This document shows, piece by piece, positions 13,385-28,612 of a stretch of 64,000 bases of DNA. Under the pieces are notes generated by a model. The model was given only the letters and a program-made list of their open reading frames with translations, did no database searches and had not been told where the DNA came from. A program made the translations under genes and the position numbers. The stretch comes from the human T2T-CHM13v2.0 reference genome, Homo sapiens, in NCBI RefSeq assembly GCF_009914755.1, contig NC_060931.1, one strand, 5' to 3'. Within the stretch, counting starts at the first letter, position 1. Every line of letters begins with the position of its first letter.

Positions 13385-14350
13385 ATTTTGAGATGAATGA
13401 AAAAAATTTTTTTGAGACTTTCAGAACTGTGATATTTCATTATCCTTGCATTTTATGAAAGTAGTATGATATTAAATGACATGATGGACACATGACAACT
13501 AGAACTTTTTGAGTATGATTTTAAGATAGACAGGGCAGGACTTAATACTTCTCTGGGCACTGTGCTCCCTCATCATGGAAAGCAGAGTCCAGGTTGACCC
13601 TTGGTCCCTAGCACAGGTACACATTCAATACAAACCCCACACTGTACGACTGGCCATTTGAGTGGGATGGATTACACATGCTTCTTTTGAGGGAGGTGAT
13701 CTGGGACCTGAATCCTTTCTCTAAAGGATTACTTAGAGACCAGCTCCTACACCTGTTAAGCTAAGATTTTGAACTTCTCACTGTGTCTCTTTCAGTAGAT
13801 GAGGGTGGAATTTGGCCCAGAAGGCAGTGTCAGGAAGTGCATGCTGGGATGGTCCACAGAATACCTGTTTACCAGTGAGTTGAAGGGCTGCCCCTTTGGG
13901 CACAATTTGCAAACTGTTGACATATGTTTATGAATATAGAAAAATAAAATCTTTGCTTAATAAACTTATCTTTTATTTTACAGACTGCTTTTAAGAAAAT
14001 ATTTTGCCTTTTTTTGAAGACAATTTTTAAAAATCTTCATTTCATATTCTTCTGGCCAAAGGAATTTACTTTTGTTAAGCATGGGGAAAAAGCTCAGTGC
14101 TTGGGGGTCTTTCTCTTTCTATATTTTGAATTTAATGGCTTTCTGAGTCATATTCTGTTGGCATGTACTATAGATATCCATTCAAATTACTGAAGACCTG
14201 GGTGAAAATAATTTCTTGGTACACATGCCTAATTGTCATACCCATATTTCCCTAGAGCATATCACTGTTCTGAAACCATTAAGTGATTGTGCAAACTTAA
14301 ATATAAAAGACAAACTTGAATAATAACAATCTTAAAAAAATTAAGATATT

Positions 14351-14717
14351 TATATTAGTTTTCATGCTGCTAATAAAGATATACTCAAGACTGGGTAATT
14401 TATAAAGAAAAGAGGTTTAACTGACTCACAGTTCTGCAGAGCTGGGGAGGCTTCAGGAAACTTACAACCATGGCAGAAGGGGAGGCAAACACATCCTTCT
14501 TCACATGGCAGCAGCAAAGAGAAGTGCAGAGTGAAGGCGGGGGAAAGCCCCTTATAAAACCATCACATCTCATGAGAACTCACTATCATGAGAATAGCAT
14601 GGGGGAAATGCCCTCATGATTCAATTACCTCCCACCAGGTCCTGCCCATGACATGTGGAATTATAGGAACCACAATTCAAGATAAGATTTGTGTGGGGAC
14701 ACAGCCAAACCATATTA
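14351..14717 (-). mobile_element. THE1 (C/D-like) solo LTR
   Basis: gactgggtaatttataaagaaaagaggttt ... gattcaattacctcccacc ... ggggacacagccaaaccat. Confidence 0.92.
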
Positions 14718-15715
14718 TTATCAAACTTCAATAACTTTACTAAAAATAAAGAAAACACACCATAGCTAATTCCAAATAATTTGAGATTACTCTCAAACTT
14801 CCAATATTTTTTCAGATTATAACATAAACCTGAATTGGAAGTCTATAAAATTATTACAAATTGCAAAAACAATATGTTTTATTTTGAAATAGTTTCAAAA
14901 TCACAGAAAAGTTGCAGGAACAGTTCAAAGAACTCCTATATGTACATCACTCAGAGATCCCATTCATTTCACTAATTGTCTGAATAATGTCCTTAGGGAA
15001 ATGATCTAATACAGTGTCATGTGTGGCCTTTGGTTGTCATGCCTCTTCAGTCTCTTTCAATCCAGAACAATTCCATAGTCCTTCCTTGGCTTTCATGACT
15101 GTAAAATTTTAAAATCATGGGCAAGTTATTTTAGTAGAATGTTCCTCAATTTAGGGGACTTCAATGTTTCCTCATTATTAGAGCCAGGTTATGCATGCAT
15201 TTTTGAGGGAATATTACAAAAGCAATCCCAAGTTCTTACATCCTGTCAGTTGGCACATGATTTCAATCTGGTGATGTTACATTTGATGTTATACTTGAGT
15301 AAGGTGGTTTCTGCCAGGTTACTTTACTAGAAAGTTATTCTTTTTCCTTTATAATGAATGTCTTTTGTGGAAACATACTTTGAGACTATGTAAATATTTC
15401 ATTTGTCTTCTAACTCTTGCCCACAAATGTTAGCATTCATTGATGTTTCTTGCCTGAATCAGTTATTACTATGATCATTGCCAAATGGTGATTTTCTATT
15501 ATTTCTTCTACATTTAATAGCTAGCATCTGCTAAAAAGAGGAACTTTCTCTTTTTTCCATTTATTTATTAGTTTGTTTAAATATGATTGGACTCAATGAT
15601 ACTTTATTCAGTGTGTTAATGGTTCAACTGGCTTCAAACTGGCTTCTATGTCCTTTTGACATGCCCCCATCATTTTTGAGTACGTCATTACTTCCTGACA
15701 TTAAGTTATTGTTTA

Positions 15716-16036
<321 letters not shown>

Positions 16037-16395
16037 TTATTTTTCAGACTCAAAAAAAGCAGAAGCAAATTGTGCTTTTGCTGCACCAGCCCTGAAATCT
16101 GTCTTTCTTTTTTTCTAAGATCTCTTCTGTTAGTGGAAAATGGTTTCTAGAAATCTGTAAGCTATGTAGGCTTACTGCTATTGGCCTATTGCTGCTTCCA
16201 GGATCTCTCAGTGGACAGAACAAGGACAGAACATTGAAACATCTAGATTCATTTTTATATCTATCTAATTATATATATATATATAAGTTTATAGCAGTTC
16301 CTCCACTTCAATTCAAACACAATCGTTTCACCTTTTCATATTTAAAATTCTCTTATCAGGCAGCAAAGGAACCCGGCTGCATAATCCTCAATATA

Positions 16396-17039
<644 letters not shown>

Positions 17040-17341
17040 TATTTATTTGTTCAGTCCCCCTGTATGCAACAAATCCTTCAGCCTGCTGGGCCACCACCCA
17101 CTCAACTACTTTCTAACTTTCCTTCTTCTTGGGCATCTCCAGTGATTTTTAAAATGAGTGATTAAGTAGAAAGGAAAGAAAAAAGTAGTGAGAAAAGGAG
17201 GAGGAAAAGAAGAGAGAATAAAAATAAAGAAGGAAGGATGGATATTAATTGTTAATATTGATCATGGAAAAGCATGTGAGTAGAAAATTCATGAATTAGG
17301 GAAAGAAAATACAAACTTAGGGATCTGCCTGGTTGAGAAGG

Positions 17342-17753
17342 TAGTTACTAGGTGAGACTAGGTTGTGCTGCAGTAATAAACTGAATTTTAGGTGATAAAG
17401 ACCCTAAAATCTTAGTGGTTTAAAACAATGCATGTCATGAGTGGCTCTGCAAGGTAAGTGCTCTCTGTGGGGTGCTCAGCGCTCCAGTGTGCTTTGACCT
17501 CATCATCCCTCTGTCTTAAGATGTTACCATTGCCATCCAAGCCTTCAGGGATCACTGAGGTGGGGGAAGAGAACATGTGACCAGCTCTTACATACTTCCT
17601 CATGGAAGAGACACACATCAATTCTGCTCACTATTTATTGGCTAAAGAGTCAGGTGACCACTCATAATTTTAAAGGGGCAAGGAAGAATAGTCTTCCCAC
17701 TGCCCATAGTAGCAGAACAGAAAATGCTGGTAAGCACAGGGATAGTTACCACA
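17342..17753 (-). mobile_element. MLT1K-like LTR
   Basis: ctaggttgtgctgcagtaataaac ... aaatcttagtggtttaaaacaa ... gttaccaca. Confidence 0.65.
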
Positions 17754-18034
17754 AAAGCTGTTTTCTCCCAACTGTTAGGAAAAGCTAGCAATATTGAGAC
17801 TATTCAGAGTCATCTTTTTTTTTTTGTAAAAAAATTTTATCATGTCCCCTTTGCCATAAATATTCTTGAAACCCAAGATAATTAAGATAAAGGTCACATT
17901 ATAGATACCAAGAAAATCATCTGAAAATTATTTACTTTGACTTTACATGGAACTGAAATCTGAATTTAGAGATGGTTCACATCGTTTCCACTCTGAAACA
18001 CTTTTTAGTAAAGATTGAAGTCACTGATTCTAGA

Positions 18035-18790
<756 letters not shown>

Positions 18791-18983
18791 CATAATATTG
18801 GATTTAGAACTTTCTTTATATTGCTTCCTGTTCCAGTGTAAAGCTTGGAAGGACAGACATAGGGTTAGGAAATTAGTTTATTTGGATCCTTTATGAATAA
18901 CTGATAGATATGGACCTCTTTTAAAATGATCCCGGACTATGTACACAATGAACATTTGTAAGATGGAGTAAAAGCAGAAAGTA

Positions 18984-19310
18984 GGCTAGGTGCAGTGGCT
19001 CATGCCTGTAATCCCAGCATTTTGGGAGGCTGAGGAAGGCAGATGGCTTGAACTTAGGAGTTCCAGACCAGCCTGAGAAACATGGCAAAACCCTGTCTCT
19101 ACAAAAAATATTTACAAAAATTAGCCAGCGTGGTGGCACACTTATGGTCCCAGCTACTCAGGGGACTGAGACGAGAAGATCACTTGAGCCCAGGAGGTTG
19201 AGGCTGCAGTGAACTGAGATTGTGCCAACGCACTCCAGCCTGGGTGACAGAGTGAGATCCTGTCTCAAAAACAACAAAACCAAAAACAAACAAACAAAAC
19301 CCACAAAAAT
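18984..19310 (+). mobile_element. AluJ
   Basis: Full-length with (CAAA)n-type tail. Confidence 0.95.
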
Positions 19311-19579
19311 GGCAAAATAAACAACAACAAGAAGCAAGTAAACATTTGATGCTTTTCAAAAATGATTGTTTGAACTCATTTACAGGTTAAATACACTGGG
19401 AAATTTTCTTAAGATAATCAGAAATGGCTAATCTATTTGCCTAAGCATGTTGTAGCTGTATGCCTTTAGATAATAATTATAGTGCCTGCAAGGTAAAGGA
19501 TAAACTTCTCTGTTATTCAAAGACCTTTGCAATCTCTTCCCAGCCTGCCTTTCTAACTTCTCCCAGCTGAGTGAAGGTG

Positions 19580-19810
19580 GAAAGAGAGTACATTTTGAAT
19601 TCAGAAGCCTCAGAGTCAAATTGCTGTTCCACAGTATTCTATCTGAGAATCTTAGGCCTGTTTCTTAATTTCTCTGGGCCCCAATTTCTCCATCTGTAAA
19701 ACAGGGAAAAAGGAGCTACCTCTCACAATTGTTTTGAAGGTTAAGATATTGCATCTGATGGTGCTTTGTAAAGTGCAAAGCCCACTGCAAACAATTCTTA
19801 ATATTAGTTG
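19580..19810 (+). mobile_element. MIR SINE
   Basis: tctctgggccccaatttctccatctgtaaaa ... ttgttttgaaggttaa. Confidence 0.75.
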
Positions 19811-21044
19811 CCAAACAGAGTTACTGATAGGTGTCACACTTTAGATGAGTACCTGAAGTTTCTCAACCTGGCGCCTTCCCCGGCTGAGAGTACTTTTTCT
19901 TGTCATTCTATCTATCCAGTTTTTATGCTCAGTAGTTATTAGTCTCCTTCCCTCCCTTCTTGAATTGTTATTTCTCAATACGTCTGGGCAATAGAACTCA
20001 AGCCGTGATGCAGTGATGGGAGGAAGATGCAGCAATGGATTGTCTTTTCTGTGGCACTGCAAGTGGAGAACAGGGTAGGAAAGAAACAGTAATGCCTGCA
20101 AGCATCTGCTCACTAATCTCAAAAGTGCTATTTACTTTTAATTATTTATTATAATACTTCAAAGCATATTTTGTAAAATTAATAAAGCCTGAGTAATTTG
20201 AAACCTCTCCATTTAGCTTGCCAATACATCTTTGCTGAGAAATGCAGTTGAGTGGAATTCTGAGAGAACGATTTGATCTATGGGCCAGGGACAGAAGGAT
20301 TACTGAGGATTTTTATATGTTCTTAGAATGCCTTTCTATTTCAGGAGAAAAATAAAACAAACATAAAGCAAACTCCACTTCATAGAAGCAAGCCAAGTTA
20401 TACCAGAAAATCTCTTATTACTTAGCGAAAAAGAGAATTTCTACTCTAAATCACACTCCTTATGTTTACATATATTAAATATAGAATGAAAAGAATTTAG
20501 AAAGCAAAAACAATGTTTATAAGTGAACTTTTAAAATCAGACGCAGACATGTAAATGAAAATGTTACCATTGTATGAGGACCTATGTTAATTTTTGCATA
20601 ACGTTTGTTTCCAGGGGTTCCTGTTGAGATTAAAGTAAATGCATTTACCAGCATACATGTCATGGAAGACTGACTCTGCACCATGCTCTGTGACAAAAGG
20701 CTTCAAGATTAAACCGGTTTGGTAAATCCTCTTCTTGGAGATGCACAATGCATGTCTGCCTATTAAATCTCTGAGTGCTCCAGCAGTAGAGATCCTGTTG
20801 AAATTTAACTTTGTTGTTCTTAAATTTCCTTGACTGTGGAGCCTTTTAAAACAATTATTTCACCTATTAACAGCTGAAAACATGCTGTCCTTTGGAGTAC
20901 TTCTTGGGAAGCTCTGAATGACGTCAATTAAATACATTCACTTGCCCCGCTCATCCACAGTGTCCTTTCTGGAATGGCCTTGCAATAACAGTTAGGTAAA
21001 ATTTTACATAAAGCATAATGTGCTTTAAAACTAGTCATAAAAGG

Positions 21045-21420
21045 ATTTTTCTTGGTAAGAGCTTTATTGGGATATAATTCATATAACATACAATTCACCC
21101 ATTCAAAGTGTACAATTGCATGGTTTTTCGTATCTTCACAGAGTTGTGCAAGCATCCCCATGGTAAATCTTAGAACATTCTCATCGCCTCAAAAAAGAAA
21201 ATTCATTCGTTTTAGCTATGATCCCCTATTCCTCTATCCCTCCACTCCACCCCTAAGGAGCAACTAATCCATCTTCTGTCTTTATAGATTTGCCTATTCT
21301 AGATACTTTATGTAAATGGAATCATACAGTATGTGGCCCTTTGTGCCTGGTTTCTTTCACTCAGCGTAGTGTTTTCAAGGCTTTCATGTTATAGCATCTA
21401 TTAGTACTTTACTCCTTTAA
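21045..21420 (-). mobile_element. L1MB-like 3' end
   Basis: agctttattgggatataattc ... caattcacccatt ... aatggaatcatacagtatgtgg. Confidence 0.85.
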
Positions 21421-21810
21421 AGTTTTAAAGATGGACAGAAGCCCAGGAAGGTAAGAAAGTAAAGAAGGGCAGGGTGGTGAGTTGGTGCCCTGGGGATCCT
21501 TGAGCTTGACTAGGATAGGAAATGCCCTGCCTGGGAGAGAAATGCCATATTCTTTCCTTTCTTCCATAACTTCTTATGGTTTGGGCTCCAAATCTTTTTA
21601 CACACACAGAGTTGATCTCCTTTGCAAAATCTGCTTCCTGAAAATTGCTGGTGGATCAACACTGATGCTTTTCTTGGATATGAGGGCCACAAGGCTTGCA
21701 CCTGTTTCTCAAAATGAGTATCTGAAGTTTGAGACGCTTGTATTTGTTTCCTGCTTATTTTACAGACTTGAAGAGGGAATTTCCAAGGGGATTGCATGGC
21801 GCTTCAGTTA

Positions 21811-22173
<363 letters not shown>

Positions 22174-22599
22174 TCAGGGTCTGGGTACAGAATTTATCAC
22201 CCCGCCAATGCTCTTCCCAAGAGGAGAAAAAAATGAAAAAAAAAAAAAAAAAAAGAATGTGAATGTTCCCAAGCGCTCGGGATTAAGGTTGATTTAATCT
22301 GGTTGCTTCTATTTTGCCATGTTGTGACTTTCACGTGCATCCCATTGCCTGATGCTTATAAATGATGGTTGCGCATAATGTCCCATCTTTTGGGTGCAGA
22401 GTTCAAGGACCCTGAAACAGCTGTAGGGGGTGTTTTGGACCCTGGTCTAGCAATGGCCTCAGAAGATTCTGATAGAGGTTTGATTGGTCACTTTACAAGG
22501 AACACTGGTCTATACTTAGTCTCTGTTACATGCAGGGAAATATTGATTCTGAGGCATTGAAGTCACAGAACTTAAGATGCTTTTATCCACTAATTCGGC

Positions 22600-22690
22600 C
22601 AACGTTCCTTGAATGCTGCTGTTTCTACACAATAGGGATATAGCATTAAACAAGACAGTCCCTGCCCTCGTGTAGTTTATAATCTGGCTC
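22600..22690 (-). mobile_element. L2 fragment
   Basis: aaacaagacagtccctgccctcgtgtagtttataatct. Confidence 0.55.
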
Positions 22691-22811
22691 AGATTCCTCT
22701 AAATCAGAATTGTCTAATGTTTCTTGTGGATGCTGTGAAATGATCAAGATGTCTCAAATTAACTCGTTTCTGACCTGAGCTCCCTAGACAGACCCCGCAT
22801 GAGCAGGAAGA

Positions 22812-22980
22812 AGCATTCTGTGCTATGTGTCAGCCACTCCTTTGGATGTGTCACATGCCTTTCTTCTTTCATCTTCCTGACAAGCCTACAGGTAGGGTCT
22901 TGTTACAACTCTCTGGTGGAAGAAGTTGAGGCTCAGCAAGGTTTATTAAGAGACAGAACCAAGATTGACTCTAAGACTGT
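22812..22980 (-). mobile_element. MIR fragment
   Basis: ctatgtgtcagccact ... gaagttgaggctcag. Confidence 0.55.
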
Positions 22981-23176
22981 CTACCTATTCTCTTTCAATG
23001 AATCAATGCTACTCCAACAAACTGAAACACTTTGATATTGACCCCAAATTCAAGGGATGCCCAAAGGAGCACTAACAGGTGACAACAAAAAGTGTGTTCA
23101 ATTCAACAGTAATAACAGAAGGCATTTTTGTGCCTTGAATCCTGTAGCGTGGTGGAAACAGCATAGGCTTTGATAA

Positions 23177-23620
23177 ATCAGTGAGGATCACATTAGTCTC
23201 CAATCAATTAAAATTCCAAAAATAGAGGCTTAAGATTTAAAAGTATTTTCCTGTAAAAGGTGGCATGTAATTCCTTGGTCTTCAGGGTCAAAGGCTCTTC
23301 CAGCTTTCTGTTTCCTTATCCTCATTGTCCAATATGGCTGCTAGAGCTCCAGATATCACATCCTAGTTCCAGGCAGCAGGAGAAGGGAAAGGCTGAAAAG
23401 GGGCATTGCCCCTTCCCTTTGGAAGACTTCTCAAATGTTTTACATAATACTTTAACTTCCATCTCCTTGGTTAGAACTTAGTCACATGGCCAACCTAGCT
23501 ACAAGGAAGAATGGAAAGTGTGATCTTTTAGCTGGAGAGCAGTGTACCCAAATGTGAATTGAGGTTCTGTTACTAAGAAGAGGAGTCTTGTTACCAGGAG
23601 GTAACTAACAGTCTTTGTTG
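23177..23620 (-). mobile_element. MLT1J-like LTR
   Basis: atggctgctagagctccag ... agaacttagtcacatggcc ... ggttctgttactaagaag. Confidence 0.75.
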
Positions 23621-23694
23621 TAATATTTTCTATGCTTTTTAATTATATGGTAAAATCTTAGCTACAGCTTATTAACTGAATTGATTGCATTTTT

Positions 23695-23790
23695 TGCATT
23701 CACTCGACAAACACTAATTGATGCCTACTGTAGGTATTGTGTTAAGTGCTAGGGATGCAAAGACCAATAAGACACAATAGGAACTCGATA
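23695..23790 (-). mobile_element. L2 fragment
   Basis: cattcactcgacaaaca ... gtgctagggatgcaaaga..aataagaca. Confidence 0.65.
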
Positions 23791-23809
23791 TTATCAAAAT
23801 AAATATTAA

Positions 23810-23967
23810 GGGTGATGACTAAGGGATGCAGGGTTTCTTTCAGAATTCTAAAATTGATTGTGGTGATGTATATACAACTCTATAAATATACTACAAATCA
23901 TTGAATTGTACACTTACATGGTGAATTGGATGATATGTATTCTATCTCAGTAAAACTGTTTTAAAAA
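23810..23967 (+). mobile_element. L1M 3' end
   Basis: ctaaaattgattgtggtgatg ... cattgaattgtacactt ... tatctcagtaaa. Confidence 0.8.
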
Positions 23968-24046
23968 GACAATGTGTGCCAGAGTAGAAAGGAGTCTGTA
24001 TGCCAATGCTTAGGAGATTCGTGTCAGTGCAGAGAATGGATTAGAG

Positions 24047-24225
24047 CAGTGGTTCTCAAAGTGTATTCCTGGACCAGCAGCATCCGCCTCACCTGGGAAC
24101 TTGTTAGAAATGCAGCTCCTCAGGCCTTACTCTTCATCTGCTCAGTCAGGAACACTGGGGGTGCGAGCAACAATCTGTGATTGAACAAGCCTACCAGGGG
24201 ATTCTAATGCACGCTCAAATTTGAG
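24047..24225. mobile_element. MER5A
   Basis: cagtggttctcaaagtgt ... cacctgggaacttgttagaaatgca ... gattctaatgcacgctcaaatttgag. Confidence 0.9.
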
Positions 24226-25229
24226 TTTCTAGATTAGAAAATATGAAAGGACTGAAGGAGAGCATTTAGGATGTTACTTCAGTGAACACCAGTGAAATGA
24301 CAGTGAACACTGGTGACACTGAACACTGGTGGCTTCAAGTAAGGATAAAGAGACAGATGTGGAATTATTAGCTATAGCTGGAAACACTTCTAAAAGGGTC
24401 TTAATATACTTAACTATTAAAGTGATGAATCAGGAGGTAATGGCCAAAACTGATGAAAAAGAACTAGAAGTCTATGTAAGCATATAATGAAGGTAACCTA
24501 TAAAGGAACTAGAGTGATAGTCATTAACATTTTGGAGGAGGGTAGAAAAAGAATAATGAAAATGAATGACGTTTTTGCCTTTCTGGCAATCTCTTGAATA
24601 TTCTTGAATCTTTTGAACAATAATCTCTTAAATTGACAAGTAGATTTTTGAAAAAATATATAAACTTATTATGTAAGGAAGAACTAAACCCAGAAATGGT
24701 TAGGTTTCCTCTGATGAGGTGGTCAGGGTGGAGCTTTTAATTATCTGCCCTCCTGCACGTTTAAAAAAGTGCAAAAATAGAATGTTTATTTAAAAAACAA
24801 CCACTTAACTCTCTAGGTAGATTATACTATTAGTCTCACTAATCTGATCCCCCTTAAGACATCAGCTACAGTTTATGAGTAAATTTGAAAAACCAAGAGT
24901 TTTAAGAGGTAACGCCAGAGAATTAAATTTAATCTGAGAAAAAAGTCATCTAACAGTAACACAAATAATCTTGGGTGTTTCTAAAGCCCTATAGCTGGTA
25001 TCTTTTCGGTGTGAGTTAGTACCTGAAGACTCATGATGTTCTAGTTATTTTTCTCTCTAATTTGAGTTGCTCTTGTCCTGTCTCTTAGGTGTATAATATC
25101 TCTCTCAAGAGATTTGTTTCACTGGGTCCACCCAAGTCAATAGCATCCACAGGTTCCTTCAGGTGCTAAATTCTTTGTGCTATTATACTTCATGGAGATG
25201 AGCATCCCAGGAAGCCTGGGCCGCATTTC

Positions 25230-26120
25230 ACTCAGGCCTTCAGCCTCATCATTTCTCCAAAACCTGTCCCTTCAAGGCCCAAATAATCTTTGTGCTTCCA
25301 GTCTCAAAGCTCATTTCTTGGTGTACATCTTATTCAACCTACCAACCCCAGCTGACCATTTATTCATTGACTATATCTTCACTTGGCTTCCAGGACCCTA
25401 CTACCCTGGTTTTCAGGTTTTCTTGATGGCTTCTTTTTAATCTTCTGTGTTGCTTGCATCTCTGAACCTTGCTGAGTCTTAGGGATCAGTCTGAAGATCT
25501 CCTTTCCTCTCTAGCTTCACTCACCTACTCATTCCCCAAATGATCTCATGTAAGTCTCATGACTTTAAATACTGTCTATATGCTGGTAACAACCAACATT
25601 TTATCTCCAGCCCTTACCTCTGAACTTACACCTCCAGCTGTCTATGTCATGTCTCCACTTGGGTGTTTAAGTACCCATTTCGAATGTGGCATGTTCCAAA
25701 ACACTCCCTCTGCAAACTCTTATTCTTTTGCAAGCTTTCCCAGCTCAATATGTGGAAATGTCCTTTTTCCAGCTGCCTAGGTCAACATGGACTCATTCTT
25801 TGTCCCTCTCTTCCTCTCATTCCTTAGGTGTGATCCATCAGTCATACTGCAGCTTTCCCATCAGGTATATTCAGAAGATGACCACTTCTCAACATCTCCA
25901 CTATCACAACCCTGAGTCAAGCAGCCATCATTTCAGCCTAGAGTATTGCAATAAATGGTCTCCCTACATCCACCTTAGTACCTTCTCAACTAATTCTCCA
26001 CATAGCAGCCAGAGTGAGTGTCTTAAAATATGCACCAGATCTTGCCACTTCCCTGCTTAAATCACCCATGACTTCCATGTTACTCAGAGAGAAAGCTAAA
26101 GTCCTTACATATTCCCCGGA
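25230..26120 (+). mobile_element. L2 (~0.9 kb)
   Basis: ctcatgactttaaatac ... tctccacttgggtgt ... ctccacatagcagccagagtga. Confidence 0.8.
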
Positions 26121-26447
26121 GCTGTGGCCTTATCTAGCAAACAATACCATGGTTTTCTTTCCCTAATCAGTGTTGGTTTCACTCTGTTCTTGATAAATCC
26201 TTTTCCTGCCGCTAGCTATCTTGAACATATAGGCCACTGAACACAGAAAATTCAGTGAAAGGAAGTGGCTGAATCAGTGTATTTTAATCTGCTAAAAACA
26301 AACAAAAGGTTAAAAGAAGAGTAGAATTTATGATACCCTATTAATGAGGAATGTGTATACGTACAGCAAGTAATAATCTCAGTCTATAAGCATAGATATT
26401 CCAAAGATGTAACTTTATTTTTCTACAATTCAGTTTATATCTAGAGC

Positions 26448-26540
26448 AGTGTGCATCCTGTAGAACCTTCTGAGATGATGGAAGCATTTGCTGTCTGCAG
26501 TGTCAAATAGAGAAGCCATCTAGTTTCTTGGACAGGACAG
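26448..26540. mobile_element. Internally deleted MER3-like MITE
   Basis: tagaaccttctgagatgatggaa ... ttggacag; atctagag/atccagag flanks. Confidence 0.6.
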
Positions 26541-28182
26541 ATCCAGAGCCCCCATTCCTCCCAGTGGTGGAAAACATAATCAGTGCAGGGCAAACTCAAT
26601 CAAAACAAGGATTTCTGTTATTTTAGGGGACGTCCCTCCTCTCTTTATCCCTAGGTTGCATCTAAGTCTTACAAGGCTCCTTGAGAGTTTCTGGTTCTCA
26701 ATCCTCTAACTGTCATCTGCTGAGCAGTCTGAGTTCTTATTGATCTCTGGTCATTGGTCTCTCAGGTGACTCTATCTTCTGGTTTGCCGGCCATCCCATA
26801 AGTTTTTTTAGGATGAGAATGTACACTACAGGTGTTTTTATTTGTGACCTTATGGGGTATGTGAGTGTGTGTGTGAGTGCTAGATAAATATGCATTTGCT
26901 CTAAATTTGAGAATATTCAATTCTGCTATAGAAAATAGAAATGGATGGTGATACTCTTAAGATGTGTTAAATATAGATAAGGAAGTTAGTAACTTGTGAG
27001 ATGTGTTAAATGTAGATAAAATAAGTAGGGCTTATGCATACTGAACATAGATAGGGAGAGATGGAAGAACTAAGAGACACCTAATTTTCACAAAGCGCTA
27101 AATATACATGAGGTACCAGAGGCATCTAATTTTCATGATACACTAAATATACTAGAGGTATGTGAAACCCTTTATATTTATGACATCTGAAATTGATAAC
27201 CCATTGGTGACACCCATTCTGACTCCAAATGTCCTCTGCCAAATAAAATCCACAGCTGCTCAACAGGCTAACTGGTGAGGAATAGCTGTAGCCAGATATA
27301 ATAAATACATGTGTTTCTCCTAGAAAACAATGTCTGTGCTGGTCCCAGGCATATTCTGTGTCTTGGGCCTCTTTGCTCATCTTTGGTCCTTATAGCCTCA
27401 CCATCAAGAGGGAAGACTGATGGTGTGGGGAGAGCAATGTCTATGGGTCTTTCATAACCCAGGTTTTATGTAGTGTGGTCCTTCTACCTTTCCTGCACCC
27501 TTTCCTAAGTACATTACCCGACCCCATTTCTTTTCTCCTTTTTATTGATGTGTGGATAAATTGATTTAATAAATTGTGTGCTTCGAGTATTTTAATTTGG
27601 TCTCTGATCCTTTTTAGTCCTGCATCTCTGGGGTAGCTTGTGCAACAGTGTACTGGTAGCATAGAGGCTATCATGGCATCAAGGTAATTTCCCTCATGAC
27701 ACTGGGGGTAGATGGGATTGAGACTGCCTCAGGGTGACTCTGCCCAGACAGGCTGTGCTATCATCACTATCTACTGCTGCTGCTCTACCACACTGCTGTG
27801 GGAGAGGGCAAGAAGATTTGGCTCTTCTGTGAACCCCAACTAAGGAGTGAGACATAGCCCTTGATCATGCTCAGATTCCCAAACTTACTAGGGGGTTCTA
27901 TCTAGCCAGACTCGGCCAGGGGCAGGAGTCACTCCTTCTCTGGGACACCCACCAGTGTTTCAATAGCTTTCCTCCTCCTCCTCCCTCAGTATGGAGGGTC
28001 TGTATGTCCTTTGGGAAGCACTGTTTCCAAATCTGTGGCTAATAGTATAAACTTCATGCCTCTAGTCCTTAAGTACCTTGGTTTTGATTCTCATAATCCA
28101 GGCTTTTGAAATTCAAAAATCTTTTTTGAGTTAAACTTTTTGAGTTTATTGTCTCTAGTTTAAAAAGTCTATTTCAAAACTC

Positions 28183-28508
28183 TACTATGGCCTGAATGTC
28201 TCTCAAAATTCCTCTTCATCCCCACTGTGAAACCTGATCCCCACTGTGGTGGTATGAATAGGTGTGGTCCTTTGGGGAGTGATTAAGGATTAGTGCCTTA
28301 TAAAAGGGCAGGAGGAAATTAGCTTAGGTCCCTTTCTGCTCTTCCGCCCTTCTGCCATGTGAGGACACAGCAAGAAGGACCTCACCAGACACTGAATGAT
28401 GGCATCTTGATCTTGGAATTTCCAGACTCCAGAACAGTGAGAAATAAACTTCAATTAAATTACTTAGTCTGTGGTATTTTGTTATAGCAGCACAAATGGA
28501 CTAAGACA
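28183..28508 (+). mobile_element. MaLR LTR (MSTC/D-like)
   Basis: ctgccatgtgaggacacagcaagaagg ... tgttatagcagcacaaatggactaagaca. Confidence 0.85.
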
Positions 28509-28569
28509 AAGTTATTTCTCTTTTCTATCTCTGCATTTCTGCCATAGCAACCCTACTGTGAGGGCAGGC

Positions 28570-28612
28570 GCACACCCACATGCACACACAGACACACACA
28601 CACACACATACA
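28570..28612. repeat. Imperfect (CA)n
   Basis: Direct. Confidence 0.85.

Noticed and set aside
24280-24331. Repeat-spacer pattern as a CRISPR-like array
   Set aside because: Eukaryotic context, no unique spacers, no cas genes
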